Assembly (NCBI GenBank): GCA_003153575.1
Contig: PLZW01000038.1
Location: forward strand, 805 to 64,804
Reading direction: 5' to 3'
DNA: 64,000 bases
Source: Acidimicrobiaceae bacterium
Lineage (GTDB): Bacteria > Actinomycetota > Acidimicrobiia > Acidimicrobiales > RAAP-2
Positions 16,275 to 26,299 of the stretch are shown in pieces; position 1 is the stretch's first letter; every line of letters starts with the position of its first letter. The notes below the pieces were generated by a model. The model was not told the DNA's origin, made no database searches, and saw nothing but the letters and a program-made list of their open reading frames with translations. A program made the translations under genes and the position numbers.

Positions 16275-17537
16275 TCAGGCCGGTGCCAGCCCGGCGGCCA
16301 CGGGGTTGGGCGTGAAGGTCGCCTTCAGTACACCGCTGATCTCGGGCCGCGACAGGGCCAGCAGGGCGTCCCACCACCCCTCGAGGGCGAAGCGGTGGGT
16401 GACCATGTCGGTCAAGTCGATCCTCCGGTCCTGGACCAGTTGCAGGTAGTGCTCGATGGCGTGTTGGCGGGTCCCTTCGAACTCCTCCTGGGCGAAGGCG
16501 TTGGAGCCGACGATGGTGAGCTCCTTGAAGTAGACGGGAGTCCACTCCCACCGACCCGGTATGGCGACCCCCGTGTACACGAGCCGGCCCCGTTCGGCCA
16601 GGACCCTTACGCCCACCTCGAAGGTCTCGGGCTTGGCGATGGTGTCGTAGACGACGTCGATCCGGCCGGGGTGGGCCATGGGGAGGCCGGCGAACGCCTG
16701 GTGGAGCACGGCCCCCGACCAGTCGGCCAGGGCTTCCACGGTGGCCACACTCGGCTCGTGGGGCACCACGACTGCTGCGCCGTAGCGCCGGGCCATCTCT
16801 CCTTGGGCCGGGAAGCGGGCCACGACGGCCACTTCCACCTCCGGGTGGAAGGCGGAGAGGATGGCCACGCTGGCGAGGCCCAGCGCCCCGGCCCCGTAGA
16901 CGACAGCCCGCCCGGACGGAGGAGGAGGGTTGCGCACGATGGCGTGGAAGGCCACCGAGAACGGGTCGGCCATGACGGCCGCCTCGTCCGAGATGTCGTC
17001 GGGCACCGGGATGAGCATCGAGTCGTGGGCGGCCATCAGTTCGGCCCAGGCGCCCGGGGCCCCGGTGATCACGCCGATGTGGACCCCGGGTCCGAGGTGG
17101 CCCTTGGTGAACGACCAGCACAGGTTGACGTCGCCAGCCTGACACGGGGGGCAGACGGGGGAAATGCCCCGTGGGGCACAGCTCAACCACGGATTCAGTA
17201 CGACCCGCTGGCCGACGTCGAGGCCTCGCGCCTCGGGCCCGAGGGCGACGACCTCGGCGACCACCTCGTGACCGGGCACGTGGGGGAGCGAGGAGAAGGC
17301 GGCCATGGGGTTGTCGATGTCACCGTCGGCGAAGTCGCCGAGGACCAGCTTGGCGTCGGATCCGCACACCCCCGAGAGGATCGGGCGGGTGACTACCCAG
17401 TCCGGGCGGACGGGCCGGGCGTCGTCCACGTGGTGGAGCCCGAAGGGCAGCGACGCCAGGTGCTTCTCCAGCTCGTCCGTCGCCACCGGCCTCGGCTCGT
17501 CGCGGTCGGGTCGGGACCCGAACACCAGAGCCTTCAA
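16275..17537 (-). CDS. Zinc-dependent alcohol dehydrogenase (MDR family)
   Basis: ORF 16275..18227 trimmed to TTG 17537, giving MKALVFG and overlapping the SDR stop (TTGA). Motifs: GVCGSDAKL, GHEVVAEVV, VYGAGALG. Confidence 0.85.
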   Translation of the reverse strand: MKALVFGSRPDRDEPRPVATDELEKHLASLPFGLHHVDDARPVRPDWVVTRPILSGVCGSDAKLVLGDFADGDIDNPMAAFSSLPHVPGHEVVAEVVALGPEARGLDVGQRVVLNPWLSCAPRGISPVCPPCQAGDVNLCWSFTKGHLGPGVHIGVITGAPGAWAELMAAHDSMLIPVPDDISDEAAVMADPFSVAFHAIVRNPPPPSGRAVVYGAGALGLASVAILSAFHPEVEVAVVARFPAQGEMARRYGAAVVVPHEPSVATVEALADWSGAVLHQAFAGLPMAHPGRIDVVYDTIAKPETFEVGVRVLAERGRLVYTGVAIPGRWEWTPVYFKELTIVGSNAFAQEEFEGTRQHAIEHYLQLVQDRRIDLTDMVTHRFALEGWWDALLALSRPEISGVLKATFTPNPVAAGLAPA

Positions 17538-18424
17538 GGCCGGGACCCCGGACCCGGCCGGGGCTCGGTGGCCACTGTCCGTTGGTCCGACTGCTCGTCG
17601 GCCGGCGCACCCATCGACCGCATGGCCACCACGAACCCGTCGAAGTCCTTGGTCTTCATCTCCACCACGGCGCGCATGTCGGGAATGTAGTGCTCGAAGG
17701 CGCCGTCGCTTACGCAGTCGACGATCCCTTCGGCCACCTCGTCGGCCGGGGCCAACGGTCCGTCGTAGTCCGCCGGGTCGTTTCCGGGCTGGTCCCAGAT
17801 CTCGGTGTCGATGGCCCCGGGCAGGACGAGCCGGACCGCCACCCCGGTCCCGTACAGATCGGCCGCCAGCGACTCGCTCCACCCGGCGAGGGCGAACTTG
17901 GATGCGCTGTAGGCCGCCTCGTGGGTGATGCCGAGCCGACCACCCAGGCTCGACACGTTGACGATGGTGCCTCGCCCCCGCTCCAGCAGTCGGGGGAGCA
18001 GGGCCAGCGTGAGGGCGACCGGGGAGAAGAAATTGACCGTCATCGCCCGGGTCACCTCGTCCATGGTGAGCCGGTCGGCCGGGCGGCGCATGGGGATCCC
18101 GGCATTGTTGACGATGATGTCGACGGGACCCGTCCGGTCCCAGACCGAGCGTCCGATGGCCGCCGCCGCTTCCGGGGCGGCGAGGTCGCAGGGGAAGACT
18201 GTCGCCTCGCCGCCTGCCGCCCGGCACTCGGCCGCCACCTGTTCGAGCCGATCGACCCGTCGGGCCACGAGGGCGACTGTCGCTCCCCGATCAGCCATCC
18301 TCACGGCCGTTGCCGCGCCGATACCCGACGAGGCCCCGGTCACCAGCACCGAAGTCCCGGGACCGACGGCCCGAGCGTTGCCGGCCACTTCGTCAGGTTC
18401 CCCTGCGGCCCGGGGGGTGCTCAT
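17534..18424 (-). CDS. SDR family oxidoreductase
   Basis: 296 aa with a GGAGGGA SD. Motifs: VTGASSGIG, NNAG, YSASK. Confidence 0.9.
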   Translation of the reverse strand: MSTPRAAGEPDEVAGNARAVGPGTSVLVTGASSGIGAATAVRMADRGATVALVARRVDRLEQVAAECRAAGGEATVFPCDLAAPEAAAAIGRSVWDRTGPVDIIVNNAGIPMRRPADRLTMDEVTRAMTVNFFSPVALTLALLPRLLERGRGTIVNVSSLGGRLGITHEAAYSASKFALAGWSESLAADLYGTGVAVRLVLPGAIDTEIWDQPGNDPADYDGPLAPADEVAEGIVDCVSDGAFEHYIPDMRAVVEMKTKDFDGFVVAMRSMGAPADEQSDQRTVATEPRPGPGSRP

Positions 18425-18469
18425 CGGGGCATCCCTCCGTCGGGCTCGCCGTCGGGTCCAGCGTCGGGC

Positions 18470-19258
18470 TCAGCGTGCATCCGGGTCATCGAGCGAGGAT
18501 AGGGCCTCCCACCCCTCGGGAGGGGGGTCGAGCCTCCAGTACTGCTCGGGCACGTTGGCATCGAGGCGCTCGGCCAGCAGGTGCTCGCGCTCAAGGGCGG
18601 CTACCTGGCTGGCGTAGCAGGCGATCGCCGCACGCTTGGCGGCCATGTCGACCTGCATGGGGACGACGGACGGGGTGGGCCACAGCCCGCGGCGGAACAG
18701 TGTCGAGATCCGCCAGGCGAGGAGGCCGGGAAGGTGTTTGTACCCGGCGTCCTCATAGGCGAACCACAGTGGGGCGTCGGGTCCGGCGGCGAGGGCGTCG
18801 CGCACCAGCAGTCCGGCCGCGTGGGTGAGACCGTGATCCGGATTGGCGAGGCCCATCGGCAGGAACACGGCGGTGGGGCCGATGTCGCGCACCGCCCGCT
18901 CGAGTACGGGTGCGACGTCGGCCGGTGCCGGACGACGAACGGGTTCCACGTACTGGTGGTCGACGAACTCCAGCCACTCGGTCCCGGCCCCCAACAGGGC
19001 CATGGCCTCCCCGTCCTCCTCCCGGCGGACGGCGACGATGTCGTCGCCGGCCTGGAATCCCCCCGCCGCGTCCCACTCGCTGACTTCGGTCGGATAGACG
19101 TCGGGGCGACCGCCCATGACGGTGACGACCGTGCAGGCGGGGTGGGGGCCGATCACGTGGGCGGCACCCAGCGCGGCGTCGTCGAAGTGGGGGGAGACGA
19201 CCACGATGCGGTCCAGTGCCCCGTCCTCGAGCGCGCCCCACATCCGCCGAGGATCCAT
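18470..19258 (-). CDS. PIG-L (LmbE-like) family deacetylase
   Basis: 262 aa. It has VVVSPHFDDAALG (a variant of the AHPDD metal motif) and later HxxH-type residues. ATG 19243 is an alternative start. Confidence 0.8.
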   Translation of the reverse strand: MDPRRMWGALEDGALDRIVVVSPHFDDAALGAAHVIGPHPACTVVTVMGGRPDVYPTEVSEWDAAGGFQAGDDIVAVRREEDGEAMALLGAGTEWLEFVDHQYVEPVRRPAPADVAPVLERAVRDIGPTAVFLPMGLANPDHGLTHAAGLLVRDALAAGPDAPLWFAYEDAGYKHLPGLLAWRISTLFRRGLWPTPSVVPMQVDMAAKRAAIACYASQVAALEREHLLAERLDANVPEQYWRLDPPPEGWEALSSLDDPDAR

Positions 19259-19286
19259 GAGGGGGAGCGTAACGGAGACCGGCGGC

Positions 19287-20126
19287 TCAGCCCAGGGCCC
19301 GCCGGTTGAATCCGATCATGCCGATGACCATCAGCACGATCAGATAAGTCACGCCCACCACGAAGCACACCCACGTCTGGATATGGGGGACGTGGGGGAC
19401 CATGAGGCCCCGCAACCCCTCACTGACGTAGGTCATGGGGTTGAGGGCGCTCACCACCTGGAACCAGCGCAGGTGTCCGAGGGAGGGCCAGGGATACTGG
19501 CTGCACCCGGTGAAGATGAGGGGGGTGAGGACGAGGGCGAAGGTCACGTTGATCCGGTTCGGGGGGACGTAGGTTCCGAGGATCAGGCCCATGGCCGAGC
19601 CGAGCAGGGAGCCGATGACGATCATGACGAACACGGCGAGACCGGTCGAGCTGCTCCAGGGGATGGACCCGAGGATCCAGATGCCGATCGGGAACATGAC
19701 GGCGGCCGCCACGAAGGCGCGCATGGCGGCGAAGACCACCTTCTCCACGGCCACCGCCCCGATCGGGAGCGGGGCGAGCAGGCGGTCCTCGATCTCGTTG
19801 CTATAGGAGAACTCGATCACCAGGGGCAGCGCCGTGCTCTGTAGGCCGGTGAGCACGGCGGCCAGAGCCACCAGCCCCGGAAACAGCACCAGCTGATACC
19901 CGGGCCGCGCGTAGCCGAGCTCGGTGAGGACCTTGCCGAAGACGAACAGCAGGAACAGGGGCTGCAGGATGACCTGGGCCAGGAAGATGGGGAACTCCCG
20001 GCCGGTGACGAACAGGTCGCGGCGCAAGATGGCGAGACCCGTGCGCCACGGGCCCCAACGGGGGAGTTCGCGCAGTGCGGCGGGGCGAGTGTCGGCGGGA
20101 CGGGGGTCGGCATCGGCCACGGTCAT
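19287..20126 (-). CDS. ABC-2 type transporter permease
   Basis: 279 aa with six hydrophobic segments. An ATGA overlap links it to the upstream ATPase gene. Confidence 0.88.
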   Translation of the reverse strand: MTVADADPRPADTRPAALRELPRWGPWRTGLAILRRDLFVTGREFPIFLAQVILQPLFLLFVFGKVLTELGYARPGYQLVLFPGLVALAAVLTGLQSTALPLVIEFSYSNEIEDRLLAPLPIGAVAVEKVVFAAMRAFVAAAVMFPIGIWILGSIPWSSSTGLAVFVMIVIGSLLGSAMGLILGTYVPPNRINVTFALVLTPLIFTGCSQYPWPSLGHLRWFQVVSALNPMTYVSEGLRGLMVPHVPHIQTWVCFVVGVTYLIVLMVIGMIGFNRRALG

Positions 20127-21178
20127 CGCAGGGCCCTCCCGGTCAGGTGGATGAACACGTCCTCCAGGTTGGGCTCGCCGAGCCGGGCGTCCGTGAGGCT
20201 GCCGCCGGCGGCGCTGACGGCCTGGGCCACCGGAGCAACGTAACCGGCGGGCTCGCCCTCCACGTAGATCCGCAGTCGCCAGGCACCCGTGACCGGATCG
20301 TCCAGCCGCTCGGTCTCCCGGACGCCGGGAAGGGCGCCGATGGTTGCGGCCAGCGCGCCGGCATCGGTGGTCGGCCCGGGATCGACCGCGCAGTCGAGGG
20401 TGCGTTCACTGGCCATGCCGCGCACCAGGGCGGCGGGCGTGTCGAGGGCGAGGAGCGTGCCGTGGTCGATGATGGCCACTCGGTCGCTCAAGGTGGCCGC
20501 CTCGTCCATGTCGTGGGTGGTGATCACCACCGTCGTGCCGGCCTGCTGTAGTTCCGCCACCTTCTCCCACAAGAAGAGCCGGGCCGCCGGGTCGAGTCCG
20601 GTCGACGGCTCGTCGAGGAACAACACGGACGGTGCGTGCATCAGGGCCCGGGCGATCATCATCCGCTGGATCTGACCGCCCGAGAAGTCGTCGGGCCGCC
20701 CGTCGGGCCGGTCGGCCAGGCCGAACTGGTCGAGCAGGGCATCGGCCAGGCGGATGCGTTCCGCCCGGGGGACGCCGTGATAGCTGGCGTGGAACAGGAG
20801 GTTCTGGCGCACCGAGAGCGATCGGTCGAGATTGTTCTGCTGGGGGACCACGCCGAGCACGCGGCGGGCCCCCACCGGATCGGCCACCACGTCGACCCCG
20901 GCCACGATGGCCCGGCCCCGGGTGGGTCGGATGCGGGTGGTGAGGATTCCGATGGTCGTCGACTTGCCGGCGCCGTTCGGGCCGAGAAAGCCGAATACCT
21001 CGCCCTGTCGGACCTGGAAGCTGACACCGGCCAGGGAATCGACAGCCGACTTGGGGTAGCGCTTGGCCAGTCCGTCGACCTCGACGGCGGGCGCCCGGCC
21101 GTCGCCCGGTGGCTGCACCGTCAGGGCGGCGCCCGTCGTCTCGTGCGGTCCTCCGTGCATTCCCCCGTGACTCCTCAC
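20123..21178 (-). CDS. ABC transporter ATP-binding protein (DrrA-like, with an extra C-terminal domain)
   Basis: Walker A GPNGAGKST, signature FSGGQIQR, Walker B VLFLDEPSTGLD. ATG 21160 is an alternative start. Confidence 0.92.
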   Translation of the reverse strand: MRSHGGMHGGPHETTGAALTVQPPGDGRAPAVEVDGLAKRYPKSAVDSLAGVSFQVRQGEVFGFLGPNGAGKSTTIGILTTRIRPTRGRAIVAGVDVVADPVGARRVLGVVPQQNNLDRSLSVRQNLLFHASYHGVPRAERIRLADALLDQFGLADRPDGRPDDFSGGQIQRMMIARALMHAPSVLFLDEPSTGLDPAARLFLWEKVAELQQAGTTVVITTHDMDEAATLSDRVAIIDHGTLLALDTPAALVRGMASERTLDCAVDPGPTTDAGALAATIGALPGVRETERLDDPVTGAWRLRIYVEGEPAGYVAPVAQAVSAAGGSLTDARLGEPNLEDVFIHLTGRALR

Positions 21179-21393
21179 TGCTCGTGGGCGTGCCGGGACC
21201 GGCTCTCGGGACGCCCGACATGTCCCCGTTCGGGGCCGACGATACGGTACGGGGGCACGCCCGGCGTCGACCGCTCACAGCGACGTCAGAACGCGGGCCC
21301 ATCGGGGGAGGTGGAGGTGGTGGACAGCACCGTGGCGGACACCGCCGGCGCCGTGTCGCCCCGCCCCTGTTTGCCGAGCGCCGGGGGAGCCGG

Positions 21394-22935
21394 GTGAGCC
21401 GGGTGTCACGGTGGAATCCGGCGGCGGCGGTGGCCGGATCGTGGGGGCACTTCCGGCGACGTCCCCGTGGCACCCAGATCCGGACGGTGGTGATGGTGGG
21501 AGCAGTCCTGATCGGGACCTCGGTGTGGGTGGCCTCGGCGCCGACGAGCGCCTCGCCTCCGAGCGCCACGGGAGCGGGCAACCCGAACGGCTCCGCCGGT
21601 GCCGGGCCCGGTGCCGGACCGGTTCCGGTCGAGCGGGCGAGCACGTCCTCGCGCGGGGTGTCCGCCACCGCCATCAACGTGGTCTTCCCGGTGGTCGCCC
21701 TCAACTCCCTGGCCGGCAAGTTGGGCTTCGCCCAGGATGTCGAGTACGGGCAACAGGCCGAGGCCATCAACCTCTATGTGAACCAGATCAACCGGTCAGG
21801 CGGGATCAACGGTCGGCGGATCGATCCCATCATCACGTCCTACGACCCGGCCAGCGAGTCGGGCATGCGCGCCTTGTGCAAGACCTGGACCGAGGGTTCG
21901 CCGGCCGCCTTCGCGGTGGTCGACGGCCTCGGGGCGTGGACCGGTGACAACCAGCTCTGCGTCACCCAGGAGGGTCAGACCCCCTTCCTCGGGGAGTGGA
22001 CGACGGTCACCAACTGGACCGACCAGGGCTCCCCGTACCTGTGGTGGACCGGTCCCGACCAGTCCGCCATCCTCCGGGCCGTCGTCAGCTGGGGGCTCAG
22101 CGCCCACCTCCTCGGACACGGGCGCACGGTGGGGATCATCGCCGGAGACCGGGCCTCGGACCAGGCCGCCCTCAACGACGCCCTCCTGCCCGCACTGGCC
22201 AAGGCGGGCGTGCACCCGGTGGTCGAGACCATCGCCTCTGATCCGTCGGCCACCGCCACCACCGACAGCCAGGCACCGCTGATCGTCCAGCAGTTCCGGA
22301 GCGCCGGGGTCGACTCGGTCATCCCGCTGATACCGTTCAACGCCTTCTTCCCGGTCCTCCAGGCCGAGAGTGACCAGCACTACTTCCCCCGGCTCCTCCT
22401 CAGCGACTACGAGTCGAGCATCGAGTCGTCCCTCGGGCTGCTCCCGATCCCCTACGCCAAGGCCCTCAACGGGCAACAGGGGGTCACCACCGAGACCCTG
22501 GGCGGGATCGACGACGACCGGCCCCAGAGCCAAGGCGGCTACGACCCCGGACTGCGGAGCTGTTGGACGCCGTGGCACGCGGCGTACCCCCAGATCCCTC
22601 CCGGGACCCTGTCCTTCTACATCGAGGAACAGGGACCGATCGCCCTGTGGTGCCAGGCCATCCGCCTGTTCGCCGCCGCCGCCCGGGCGGCAGGACCCGA
22701 TCTCAACCGGCGCACGTTCGTGACGGCCATGTCCCACGTGACCGGGTTCCCCGGGACGAACAGCCCGGTACTGAGCTACGGGCCGGACAAGCGGTTCGGT
22801 CCGACCAGCTACCAGGTGGTCCGACTGCACATCAACTCGCCGCTGTCGACCCAGTGCGCCTTGCCCAAGAACCGCATTCCCCAGGTGACCTGCTGGGTGC
22901 AGGTGCAGCCGTTTACCCCTCTGCCCCCTCCGTGA
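21394..22935 (+). CDS. Secreted ABC substrate-binding protein, Leu/Ile/Val-binding (type 1 PBP) family, orphan
   Basis: ORF 21109..22935 trimmed to GTG 21394 (GGGGGAG SD 4 nt upstream). It has a signal peptide (RRRPRGTQIRTVVMVGAVLIGTSVWVASA), a low-complexity linker, then AINLYVNQINRSGGINGRRIDPIITSYD. Confidence 0.8.
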   Translation: MSRVSRWNPAAAVAGSWGHFRRRPRGTQIRTVVMVGAVLIGTSVWVASAPTSASPPSATGAGNPNGSAGAGPGAGPVPVERASTSSRGVSATAINVVFPVVALNSLAGKLGFAQDVEYGQQAEAINLYVNQINRSGGINGRRIDPIITSYDPASESGMRALCKTWTEGSPAAFAVVDGLGAWTGDNQLCVTQEGQTPFLGEWTTVTNWTDQGSPYLWWTGPDQSAILRAVVSWGLSAHLLGHGRTVGIIAGDRASDQAALNDALLPALAKAGVHPVVETIASDPSATATTDSQAPLIVQQFRSAGVDSVIPLIPFNAFFPVLQAESDQHYFPRLLLSDYESSIESSLGLLPIPYAKALNGQQGVTTETLGGIDDDRPQSQGGYDPGLRSCWTPWHAAYPQIPPGTLSFYIEEQGPIALWCQAIRLFAAAARAAGPDLNRRTFVTAMSHVTGFPGTNSPVLSYGPDKRFGPTSYQVVRLHINSPLSTQCALPKNRIPQVTCWVQVQPFTPLPPP

Positions 22936-22977
22936 GTCTCCCGGCGGACGCCGGGGAGCCGCTGGTATACAGACGCC

Positions 22978-23863
22978 ATGGAACCTGTCCCCGCCGGACC
23001 GCTGGCCGCCGAGCGGTGGAACACCGACGGCTGGTGTCTCGTCGAGGGCCTCTTCTCCCCGGACGAGGTGGCGGCCGCCATCGACGAGGTCCACTCCCTC
23101 TTTCCTTCGGCCGACGCGGTGGCCACCGGCGAGGTCCGGGACTTCAACTTGAGCTGGGACTCGGTGAAGCCGGTGTTCCCCTTCGCCGGACGCGCCCTCA
23201 ACCGCCTGGTCGTCCACGACTCGGTCATCGACCTGGCCCAGTCGCTGCTGGGCACCGACCACGTCCGCCTCTATCAGGGAACGGCCAGTGCCAAGTACAC
23301 CGGGACCCATGACGACTACGAGCAGCTCCTCCACGCCGACTTCGGCAATCACACGCTGGTCGTGCCCCGCCACGACGTGGGCTACCAGCACCTGCTCCTC
23401 TTCATCTACCTGAGCGACGTGACCCCGGACACGGCGGCCACGAGGATCGTCCCCCTCGGGCTGACCGGGGGGATCCCGGCGGAGCGGACCTATCTCGATC
23501 TGGCCGAGTACGCCGATATCTACTCAGCAGAGGTGCCGGCCTCCGGACCCGCCGGCACGGTGCTCGCCTACCGACCCGACGTCTACCACCGGGGGACTGC
23601 GCTCCGGGCGCCCGACTCGGCCCGGTTCCTCCTGCACGTGGCCTACAAGCCGGTGGGCACCGACTGGGCCGGCTACCACACCTTCCCCATCCACGGCGAG
23701 GGGACGGCGTGGCACCACTTCGTGTCCGGCGCCACGGTGCGCCAGCTGACGGTGCTCGGGTTCCCGGAGCCGGGGCATCCCTACTGGACACCTGAGACAC
23801 TCCGGGGGGTGGCCGCCCGCTATCCGGGGCTCGACATGACGCCCTGGTTCGAGGCGGGGCCGC

Positions 23864-23880
<17 letters not shown>
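22978..23880 (+). CDS. Phytanoyl-CoA dioxygenase (PhyH) family protein
   Basis: 300 aa, with HADFGNH (HxD) and a later YHRG. Confidence 0.75.
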
Positions 23881-25501
<1,621 letters not shown>

Positions 25502-25510
25502 GGCGGCAGG

Positions 25511-26230
25511 CTACGCGGTGCCCTCGCGGAGCCACCGGAGGCCGCCGAGAAGATGTGCGAGGTAGTCGGTGCTCTCCCAGGCGTGGGGGAAGTGCCCGAG
25601 CGCGGTCGAGAACACCCGGCCCTCACCCTCGGTGAAGCACCAGGCGAGCGGATAGCCGGCATCTGTCAGGGCAGGGCCCGGCGCGTCCGGGGCACGACCG
25701 TGCTCCTCGGGGCCCAACTCGTCCGGCCGGACGGTGAGCAGCACTTCGGCGTCGGGGCGGAGTTCGCTGAACAGGTACACCTCGTCGTGCCACGACCAGG
25801 TCGGGCCCAGATGGACCAGGGCCGGATGGACCGGACGGTGGACGTCGAGGGTGAACGTCCGGGTCCACGGGTGCCCGGCGAAGCGCGCTCCGACCAGGCA
25901 GCCGTACTCGTCCCACCCGTGGCAGGCATCGGTGGCCGAGTGGATGGCCAACACCGAAGTGGTGCCCGAGCGCACCTGGCGAAGCAGGGCGGCCCGCTGG
26001 TCCGTCGACCACGGCGTCTCGCCGATCGTGAAGAGGGCGACGACGGCCGCCCCGGCCAGCGTTTCGGCCGCCAGTGAGCGCACGTCCGTCACCCGGGTGC
26101 ACCCGAGTCCGGCCATCTCGGCCAACTCGGCCACGGCGGCGGCCGACTGGTCGAGGACGCCGTGGATCCCGGCCGGACCGTCCCGGTAGGGAGCCACCTG
26201 GGTCACGTAGAGGAGGGCCGGGTCGGGCAC
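25511..26230 (-). CDS. ThuA domain-containing protein
   Basis: 239 aa (LAIHSATDACHGWDEYGCLVGARFAGHPW). The GTG start is preceded by TAGGCT and a 6-nt spacer, so the mRNA may be leaderless. Confidence 0.75.
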   Translation of the reverse strand: MPDPALLYVTQVAPYRDGPAGIHGVLDQSAAAVAELAEMAGLGCTRVTDVRSLAAETLAGAAVVALFTIGETPWSTDQRAALLRQVRSGTTSVLAIHSATDACHGWDEYGCLVGARFAGHPWTRTFTLDVHRPVHPALVHLGPTWSWHDEVYLFSELRPDAEVLLTVRPDELGPEEHGRAPDAPGPALTDAGYPLAWCFTEGEGRVFSTALGHFPHAWESTDYLAHLLGGLRWLREGTA

Positions 26231-26299
26231 GCCCGGAGCCTACAGTCGGGTCCGGAACCGGGCCGTCCCGATCGGGAGCGGACCGCTACGGTTGCCGCG

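Noticed and set aside
21219-21393. An earlier ATG start (MSPFGADD...) for the SBP gene, adding a 58-aa Arg/Gly-rich N-terminus.
   Set aside because: Third-position GC of this stretch is about 70% by hand count, against roughly 85-90% in firm genes. The added peptide (…GGGGGGGQHRGGHRRRRV…) is low complexity and would precede the signal peptide. GTG 21394 has a good SD.
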